From positions 72,354,001 to 72,418,000 of the forward strand of contig OX597816.1 in assembly GCA_951406725.2 (NCBI GenBank): a DNA stretch of 64,000 nt, written 5' to 3'. The notes below the pieces were generated by a model that saw only the letters and a list, made by a program, of their open reading frames with translations, had not been told where the DNA came from and did no database searches. Made by a program: the position numbers and the translations under genes. This stretch comes from Octopus vulgaris (Eukaryota). The number at the start of each line of letters is the position of its first letter. Positions within the stretch are counted from its first letter, which is position 1. Positions 53,549-64,000 of this stretch are shown here, one piece after another.

Positions 53549-53626
53549 ATTTCTACAGATGTTTCACCCTCTAACTGGTGTTCCAAGTGCATTTATATGT
53601 TCATCTACGATGGATTATCAGGGAAC
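53549..53626 (-). ncRNA. decayed hammerhead-like motif
   Basis: gttcc-CTGATAA-..-GAAA-CATCTG-TA-gaaat; the G8A change is probably inactivating. Confidence 0.45.
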
Positions 53627-53787
53627 ACTTTATTGCATTAAGTTAATGTATCTCTCGTGTGTATGCTACTTGCACCATATATATATATATATATATTGTG
53701 TAGTATACTAGCGTGAATTTTGCTACCCTGGTAACTGTTTATTGAATTTTCCATATTAACGGTAAACAAAGGATAATTCATTCATCC

Positions 53788-53850
<63 letters not shown>

Positions 53851-55899
53851 CACACACATTCATTCATTTACACATGCATACATGCATACACATGACAGAC
53901 TTCCATATTCTAAATTCACTCACAAGGCTTTGATCGGCTCGGGGCTATAGTGAAAGACATTTCCCCAAAGAGCCACGTGATGAGACTGAACCCAAAATCA
54001 AATGGTTGCCAAGCGAACCCCTTAACCGCACAACCATGCCTGCATCGTAATTCTTTAAGAGGATAAGCTGCATGCGACGGTGTGGTTCGAACGCGGGAAA
54101 TGAAAAGTTTGGTGGAACATCGAAGCATTCCTTAATCACCATCACTCCAAGATCCACTCTGGTTCGGGACGGTGGTGACTTTGAAGGGCTCTAGTTATGG
54201 GTCAAATAACAAAAGATAGTCCTATTGTTAAGGTCCACCTAGTCATGTATTACAGCATGTGAACATGCCCCCCACCCCGAGTCTTTCTGCTTTAGAGCAA
54301 GATACTCTGTTGGCCGCAATAGAAGTCAAAATTACCTTTCCATAATTCTTCCGTTTAACAAGACTGTACTGCATAAATACATGCGTCTTGAATTCTGTTT
54401 GGAGACAAAGTTGTCCATTTGGCAACCTCAAGCAAATGGATATAGTTATGGTAGCCATTAGCGCGACAAGAATTTCGAGATTGTATGAGCTTGGATGGTT
54501 TAATCTGACCATGTGTAGGCATGCTACTCATGATTACTATGAGCATAGCAGACACCTATTGCAGCAGGTTGCAAACAGATCTAACGACTGATGGATCTGA
54601 AGAAAGATTATAAGAATAGGAACGTCATCGAAAATTACCAGGCCGCAATTATATTTAATGCAGAGTTTAAGATTAGGCCAAGGTGCCTTTCTTTTTGATG
54701 TGTCATCGAGAGCGTGCAGATTTTTAAAAATCTTTTGCCAGCTTCATCCACGGCGAGCTCCACCACGTGCAATATATTGTAGAGAGAGTGAGTAATCAAA
54801 CTGATTTCGATGGGTTCTGATTATTTCCCTTTCAATATAAGATATTCATCGGGGTTAAACATTGCAAAGTAGTGAGTATCATAAGTATAATCTGTTTGAT
54901 CACGTTTTCACTTAATATGTTCTGCACGGCTACAAAAAAACAAAAAACAAAAAAAACAATGTCTAGTATAGCAACAGTTTCATTCTGTCACTCGATCCAT
55001 TCCTCCTGTAATATTTGGATCTTGGGCAGATTAATCATTTCCTCTTTACGTTGAGATTCTCTATGATGCGATGGATAACGCGCAAGCGTGCGGTGAATCT
55101 GCGACACCTGCTGAGATTCTTGGATGTTGAGCAAATATGTTTGCAAAACTGATTGTCTGGCACATTTCCCCCACGATTTGTCTCTCTGACGGGACTGCAA
55201 TCCTGAGACGTCTGTAGACCAAGACTGGGTATCTGGCATCGGAATAAATATCAGATACTCTCAATTCTTTATCGATCGGGCAATGCAGCTGACGACATGG
55301 GAATTATTTCATTCTTTAGAGGAACTGAAGCGCAAAAAAAAAGCACGAAGCTCTCGAGGGGTCTTTTGGCATTGACGAAGATCTACCGAACAAACTATTC
55401 CAGAAAATTTCCAACGGTGGACTATAGAGAGACGACAAACAATTTTGGTCTCGCTATGCCACCGAAAGTCTTTGTTACCCCAATATAATAGCATACGCGT
55501 TACTCGGACCTGTTCGAGATGATCGCAGAGCAACCGTACCATTGTTGCTAAGTAACTAAGTATTCGAGCATTATTAACTTGAAGAATTACGTCGAACAGA
55601 TATTGCTGGATGGCGGAAAGATCCGAGTCCATCTCGAAGATCACCAGCTTCTTTTGGCTGGAAAGGGCAAACGGTTTTCCTTTCATTGATCTATGGAATA
55701 AAAGAGTTTGTGTAGTAGAAAACAATTTGAAAGACTGAAGTTTGTTTCTTTGCTCTTTAAAAAGACTGGAGTTACACACTTTTCTCTTTGTCCGAGAACC
55801 ACATGCTGAGGGTTGAAAAGGGATGCAGTAGCGAAAAAAAAAATGTTGAAACGATAAGAAAAGTGATGAATACGAGAGGGTGATGAATCTGGTTTTAAG

Positions 55900-56058
55900 A
55901 GTATTGTGAAAGGCCTGGCTGGAGGCCCAAACTTCCGAGTTCTTTTACAGAACTTAGAAAAATTGAAGCACTGCTGCAATAAGATGTGAATCATAATTAA
56001 CTGATCTTCCTGTATTTTCCTTTACGCAAAGCCAGTAACTTTTCAGCACCACTTTGTA
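55900..56058 (+). mobile_element. mariner 3' relic
   Basis: Translates to VKGLAG/AWLEAQTSEFFYR-like C-terminal peptide; ends AACTTTTCAGCACCACTTTG-TA, similar to the reverse complement of the TIR at 5776. Confidence 0.5.
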
Positions 56059-56125
56059 TAGCTCGGTTGAATAGATCTCCTCTCTGAATACGCCTGTAAG
56101 CCGAACAGAAGAGAGAGGGAGATAG

Positions 56126-56186
<61 letters not shown>

Positions 56187-56419
56187 TAGGGAGAAAGAGA
56201 GGACGTCTGTCCTCTGTAGATAAACTGGCATCTGTGGTGTCTTTTGGTTGAACCTCAAGTTATTATTCTTCCCAACAAGAACGTTTCATATAATAAACTT
56301 TTACTTCTAGTTACCCGTGGCTTCTCATATTTGATTCTCTACATTCAATGTCCTCTCTGACAAGTAAACCTTGTGGCAAATAACCAGATGACTGTATTTT
56401 ATTATTATTAACATCAAGA

Positions 56420-56865
56420 CAACGGGTTGGCTGAACCGTTAGCACGCCGAGCAAAATGCTTAGCGATACTTCATCCGTCTTTGCGTTCTCAGTTCAAATT
56501 CCACCGAGGTAGACTTTTCCTTTCATCCTTACGGAGTCGATAAAATAACTATCGGTTGCAGATTGAGGTCGCTGTAATCAACTTACACCTCCTTCTCTGA
56601 AATTGCTGGCCTTGTGTCACAATTTCAAGCCAATATTAAGGCAGCGAGCGCCAGCGGAATTGTTAGCACACTGGGTAAAACTGCCTGGTAGGATATTTAT
56701 TGTTCGTCTTTACGTTCTGAGTTCAAATTCCGCCGAGGTAGACTTTGCCTTTTATCCTTTCGGGGGTCTATAAATTAAGTACCAGTTACGCACTGGGTAG
56801 ATGTAATCGACAATCCCCTCACCCCCATCAAAATCCAGGCCTTGTGCCTATAGTAGAAAGGATTA
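56420..56865 (+). mobile_element. two tandem family A SINEs
   Basis: Heads near 56420 and 56639, each with a Nin-like body. Confidence 0.8.
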
Positions 56866-57456
56866 TTATTGTTATTAGTGTTGTGATAGTTCATTTGCTC
56901 TGTTTGGTTAAATTAAACAAGTGACTAAATATAGTTCCTATTTACGGGAATAAATAAATTCCGAATGTGGTGGTGGTGATGGTGGTGGTCGGGGAGACAA
57001 TTAATTAAGACAAGGAGAGAGAGCTTTTGGGTAAATACTTTCAAAGCACCACCACTACATACCTATGCACATTACACATGTATACACAGAGATATACAAG
57101 CATGTTATATATATCTGCTTGTATATAAATGTATATGTGTGTATATATACATATATATGTGTGTGTGTAAGTGTATGTGTGTGCGCGTATACGTGTCTAT
57201 ATTTATATGAGTATATATATATATATATCTATCTGTATATATGTATATACATATATATATACTTGTTTTTGTATACATACATAAAACTGTATGTATGCCT
57301 GTATATATCTATGTGTATACATGTATATATAAATATATGTGTGTGTGCATATATGTGCGTATGTATGTGTGTGTATTTACATACAAATATACCTACATAT
57401 ATACCTACACACACACACACATACACACATATATATATATGTCTCCCTCTCTCTCT

Positions 57457-57512
<56 letters not shown>

Positions 57513-57770
57513 TATATATATATATATATATATATACCTACATATATATATGTATATACATATACGTACATACACACACACACACAAACATGTATGTATG
57601 TATGTATGTATGTATGTATGTATGTATGTATGTATGTATGTATATACACACATACTTATGTAAACGCTCGCGCCAGCCGTGCTTCATTCGTTTTTACCGT
57701 ATTTCCGAACCGCCAATGCTTCTTTGATCTATTCATTCATTTAGTGTTTTCTGTTTGGGTGTGCAGTATG

Positions 57771-57824
<54 letters not shown>

Positions 57825-58319
57825 ATCTCTCTCTCCGTTTCGTTCTCTCGTTCTCTCTGTCACTCTCACCTCTTTCTGCATCATATATATATATATATAT
57901 ATATAAATGTGTGTGTGTGTGTGTGTGTGTGTAACCTGATTATCCAGAAGGGAAACTATGATTAAAAGGAATGGTGATAATAACGATGATGACGATGATA
58001 GTGACAATGATGATGATGATGATGATCATCATCATCATCATCATCATCGTCATCATCATCAATGGCACAATCATCGTCGTCGTCGTTGTCGTCATTATCT
58101 TCCCCCTCCTCCTCCTCATCGTTATCATCGTCGTCGTCGTTGTCGCCACAGTTATGTCCCTTCTTTCTTCCCCCCTCATCGTTTCCCTGCCTCGTCGTCG
58201 TCGTTGTCGCCTTCATACTTTATTATCAACATCCCCAGAATGGAAAAAACAAAATAGATTAAAACTCATGTTAAATTATATAAAAGTTGGGTAAAAACAT
58301 TCACTGACCATTTCCTATA

Positions 58320-58371
<52 letters not shown>

Positions 58372-58626
58372 TTCCTATCTATCAAATTATCTAATTCTTT
58401 ACATATTTAAATCTTTTTTTCCTCCTCTTCTCTCCTATTCTTCATTTCTGCCTCTTTCTCCCTCTCTCCCATTCTCTTTCTTCTCTCTTTCTCTCTCCCT
58501 CTCCCCCTCTCTCTCTATCTTTCTCCCTCCTTCTCTGTATCAGAAGGCGAGTTACAAAGAGAGTGTATGTGGTCTGTCTCGCGTGTGCTCATATGCATGT
58601 ACGTCTATAAAAAACGCACACATACT

Positions 58627-58680
<54 letters not shown>

Positions 58681-58818
58681 GTGTGTGTGTATGTATATAA
58701 TATATATATATACATATATATATCTATATATACATACATATGTGTATAAATATATATATATATGTATGTATGTATATATATATATACATATACATATATG
58801 TGTATATATATGTATATG

Positions 58819-58859
<41 letters not shown>

Positions 58860-58894
58860 AATATATGTATATATATCTGTATATATATATATAT

Positions 58895-59023
<129 letters not shown>

Positions 59024-59540
59024 CATATATAACTATATATATATAAATATATATATATATGTGTATATATATATATAGAGAGAGAGATGATAGATAGATA
59101 GTTAGAAAGGAAGAAAGATAGATAGATAGAGAGAGAGAGAAAAGAGAGAGAAATAGAGAGACAGACAAATTTAGATAGACATACTGAAAGACATACTGAC
59201 AGACAGATACATAGATAGTTTGTCTAACGTGTGGATTATATATAGGTATACGCTTACATATTGATTAACAGTAAAATAATATAATCCTTAGGTCAATATA
59301 ATCCTTCATTTATGGAAAACAAGTATACATTTGAGTGTGTGCGAGGGCGTATGTGCCTAAATATATGGGTTTGTATAAAGTTTCGATAGATATGTTTCTT
59401 TATTAGCCACACAGGGATGCACACAGACAGGACAAATTACAAGGTAGAGCTTTTCTTTTGGGGGTAAAAAAAAAGGGGGTTTGGTTTTCGATCAAAAGGG
59501 ATCGTAAAGGGAAAGAAAGAGGACAAATAGATAGTTATAC

Positions 59541-59694
59541 AGGACTGGCTGTGTGATAAGTAGCTTGTTTACCAACCACATGGTTCCGGGTTCAGTCCCA
59601 CTGCGTGGCATCTTTGGGCAAGTGTCTTCTACTATAAGCCTCGGGCCGACCAAAGCCTTGTGAGTGGATTTGGTAAACAGAAACTGAATGAAGG

Positions 59695-59742
<48 letters not shown>

Positions 59743-59935
59743 GTCTGTGTTTGTCTCCCAGCATCGCTTGACAACCGATGCTTGTAGTGTTTATGTCCCC
59801 CGTCAATTAGCGGTTCGGCAAAGGATATTCGATAGAATAAATACTAGGCTTACAAAAAATAAGTCCTGGGGGTCGATTTGCTCGACTAAAAGTGGCGCCC
59901 CAGCATGGCCGCAGTCAAATGACTGAAACAAATAA
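59541..59935 (+). mobile_element. SINE family B full-length
   Basis: Colinear with the other copies. Confidence 0.9.
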
Positions 59936-60026
59936 AATAAAAACAAAAACAAAAACAAAAATAGATATTGACTATCGAGAGAGAAAATAAACGCTGAATC
60001 AAAGAATACATACATAAATACACGCA

Positions 60027-60057
<31 letters not shown>

Positions 60058-60083
60058 CATACATACATACATACATACATACA

Positions 60084-60114
<31 letters not shown>

Positions 60115-60340
60115 GTCAAACTTACACACACATACGCACACACGCACATACACACACACACAGCACACACGCACATACAACAAACTTACTCATATACATT
60201 ATACATACCTATAGTTAAATATTTGAACGTTTGTTTACCTACACGCGCACGCGCACTGCACAAACGGAAACGCCCACAATAAGCTTACAGGCACATGCAA
60301 CAAGCATACACGCACATACATATTACACACAAATACCTAC

Positions 60341-60432
<92 letters not shown>

Positions 60433-60444
60433 GTATATATAAAA

Positions 60445-60498
<54 letters not shown>

Positions 60499-60556
60499 TA
60501 TATGTATGTATGTATATATATATAAATATATATATATGTATATACATATATATGTA

Positions 60557-60587
<31 letters not shown>

Positions 60588-60616
60588 ATATATATGTATA
60601 TATATATGTATGTATA

Positions 60617-60657
<41 letters not shown>

Positions 60658-61013
60658 ACACACACACACACTCTGATCTTATACTCTCACACACACACTC
60701 GCTCACAAATACATTGGCAAACATACACTAATTCATAGACATACATACATCATACATACATACATACATACTGATGTTTGAACGTGGACGCGCGCACACA
60801 CGGGTATACATACATGCACACACACATACATACACACACACATACATTCACACGTACGGACATAGACACTCGCATTCTCTCTCTCTCTCTCTCTCTTTCT
60901 CTCACACACACATCGAACTGCCTTACAAAAGCGCTCGCGCGCGCTTACACACATCTACTCACACACACACACATCTACGCGCATACCGATATTTAAACAT
61001 TTGAATAGGTCTC

Positions 61014-61058
<45 letters not shown>

Positions 61059-61234
61059 ATATACACACACCTGCCTTGTTCAGATCTAATGCAGCATGGA
61101 GAGCTAGACTTTCACAATGCATTGAATTATCTGCCCTTTTATTCTAAATCGATTACACAGCGCTGTTGACTTTTCCGGGTGTTGTTTGTTTCGGCTCTCT
61201 ATTTACATAGCTCTCTTTTATTTCTCTTATTCCC

Positions 61235-61273
<39 letters not shown>

Positions 61274-61421
61274 TATCATTATTATTATGATTATTATTAT
61301 TATTATTATTATTATATTATTAATATTATTATTATTACTATTATCATTATTACTATTATTATTATTATTATTATTGTTGTTATTATTATTAACATTATTT
61401 TATCATCGTCATCATCATGTT

Positions 61422-61475
<54 letters not shown>

Positions 61476-61692
61476 AGCTATTATTAATTTTATCATTATC
61501 ATTATTATTATTATTGTTGTTGTTGTTGTTGTTGTTGTTATGACGATGATGATGAGGATGTTGCTTAGGCCTTTCTATTTGTTTTCCGCCATGATATTAA
61601 GCATTCAATGCTCACATGCGTGCGAGTGTGTATGCGTTGTGTTTCCGTTTTAATTTTCTCTTCTTGTGATACTTTTGTTTTTCTATTTATTA

Positions 61693-61752
<60 letters not shown>

Positions 61753-62158
61753 TATATATATATACATTTTTTCTTTGTTTTTCGGTTTTTGAATCTAAGA
61801 GTAAATAAGATCTTCTGTGCTTCTCCATTCGATTGTTTATCTTGATCTGTAGCTGTTATGTTAGGATGGAAAAGATCAAACGGGGGGACATGGCCGTTTC
61901 TTTAAGCAAAGGGGTGGTGTGGCGAAAGTTCTGGGGCGGAAATAGTACTAATCACTTGCCGAAGAAAAAGCGATGCATGCTTTCTTGAGTTCAAGCGTTA
62001 GTAACAAGATGGACACGAATCTTAAGAGCAGTCATGAATTAACTGGATTTAAGACGGCTAAATGAAAGAAAGTTAACCAAAACAGAAGCAAACAGATGAA
62101 AACGGAAAAAACAGAACGACAGATGGACATGCAACATAAGCAAGCAAACATGTATGTA

Positions 62159-62194
<36 letters not shown>

Positions 62195-62309
62195 TGTATG
62201 TATGTATGTATGTATGTATGTATGTATGTATGCATGCATGCATGTATGTATATGCATAATATGCCACAGAACCTCCTAGATACCGATGTCTAAGTGTTAT
62301 CTAACCCTA

Positions 62310-62358
<49 letters not shown>

Positions 62359-62704
62359 TGTGTGTAATTAATATACACACGCACGTACGTACATACATAT
62401 ACACAAAAGTACGACCTCTACGTCTGTGTCCAAGTCAAAAACCGACGAAGAGCCGAAATTAATGTGTGTGATACAAAGTAACTAATTTAGTTCGTCTTCA
62501 AATGCTAAATGGGTTCGATTCTCCTTGCCAGCCTTTTTAGAGTATATATAGGGTATAAGTACGAGTAAATATGCAGACGAACCAGATCATAGCTGTTTAA
62601 ACTATCAAACCGTCATTCTTTCGCGCGCACACACACGCACACATACAATCATATATATTATATATTTACATATATATATATAACTATATATATATATGTG
62701 TGTG

Positions 62705-62836
<132 letters not shown>

Positions 62837-62886
62837 TAAATATATATATGTATATATATATATATATATTAATATATATAAATATA

Positions 62887-62985
<99 letters not shown>

Positions 62986-63252
62986 CAGGCTTCTTTTCAG
63001 TTTCCGTCTACCAAATCCATTCACAAGGCTTTTGCCCAAGACACTTGCCCAAGGTGCCACGCAGTGGGACTGAACCCGGAACCATGTGGTTGAGAAGTGA
63101 TTTTCTTACCACACACCCACTCCGGCGCTACATCTTTATTATTGCCAAACTTCCTTCTCCGTAATCGTAGTCATAGTTGGTACTATTGTAGTGACGTGAT
63201 CGAAGTTTGAACCTGATCGCACCGTTTTACTTTCTGGCTTTGCAGTGTAAGC

Positions 63253-64000
63253 ATGGCCTCTCCACTAGCAACGTGCACCAAAGAAGAACAAAAAGCAGTG
63301 ATCCGATTTCTCTGGTTGGAAGTTGTGTCAGGTGTTGAAATTCATCGGAGGCTTTCAGCACAATTGGTTAATGGTTTCAACGGTCTGGGCGACTGTGTGT
63401 GGGCGTGCATTGTCATGCAACAACAAAACTTTCTCTGACAATAGGCTTCAGCGTTTGGTGCGAATTGCTGGCTTCAGTTCTTTGGCCAGCAAAGCACTGT
63501 ATCTTGCTCACTTGATCGTAAACCCTTTTTCCAAGTAGTGTTTCAGTATAGGTCCAGTGCAAACCCACGTTTCATCTCTTGTGACTATTCCGCTAAAAAA
63601 TTCTTCGCCCTCATTATTATATATTTCTTTACTACCCACAAGGGGCTACACACATAGGGGACAAACAAGGACAGACAAAGGGATTCAGTCGATTACATCG
63701 ACCCCAGTGCTTAACTGGTACTTAATTTATCGACCCCGAAAGGATGAAAGGCAAAGTCGACCTCGGCGGAATTTTAACTCGGAACGTAGCGCCCTCATTA
63801 CTATAGCGATCGCGTAAACGTTGGTAGGCCTCAAGACGTTTGCGCTTGTGCTCTGTAGTAAGCTCTCTTGACACCCAACTTGCACAGACTTTATGGAAGC
63901 CGAACTCATCGTAGATGATTTGATAGGCAGAACCAAGACTAATCTGCAGAGAACAAGCTACCCCATCGATGATACCTCTTCGCCGGTTCATCATTACCAT
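63253..64000. mobile_element. rearranged mariner transposase pseudogene
   Basis: Plus strand 63253-63363 gives EQKAVIRFLWL..SGVEIHRRL. Minus strand 64000-63361 gives KVCASWVSRELT, IVTRDETWV and LLLHDNARPHT. Confidence 0.85.
63622..63789 (-). mobile_element. family A SINE inserted in the mariner relic
   Basis: 16-bp TSD CGCCCTCATTA(T/C)TATA at 63606-63621 and 63790-63805. Confidence 0.9.

Noticed and set aside
62505-62535. GGTTCGATTC T-loop-like motif
   Set aside because: No D arm or anticodon arm can be folded upstream.

Overview
Eukaryotic, AT-rich, microsatellite-saturated DNA whose SINE families resemble those of a cephalopod (Octopus-like; inferred, not verified). No host protein-coding gene is convincingly supported; nearly all listed ORFs are microsatellite or SINE read-throughs. 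The window is a mosaic of tRNA-derived SINEs (several families, some in tandem arrays), truncated LINEs (R4/Dong-like, RTE, Penelope GIY-YIG), an ORF1/gag-only retroposon with a 15-bp TSD, Tc1/mariner relics, Helitron/Helentron-type non-autonomous elements, MITEs and a tRNA-Ser-type pseudogene. The main signal not visible in the ORF track is about 15 hammerhead-ribozyme (HHR)-like motifs, from intact to degenerate. They fall into a minimal class inside a short non-coding repeat that also occurs in tandem (retrozyme-like) and a long-stem-II class associated with Penelope remnants and fold-back inverted repeats. All RNA structures were folded by eye; none is computationally or experimentally confirmed.
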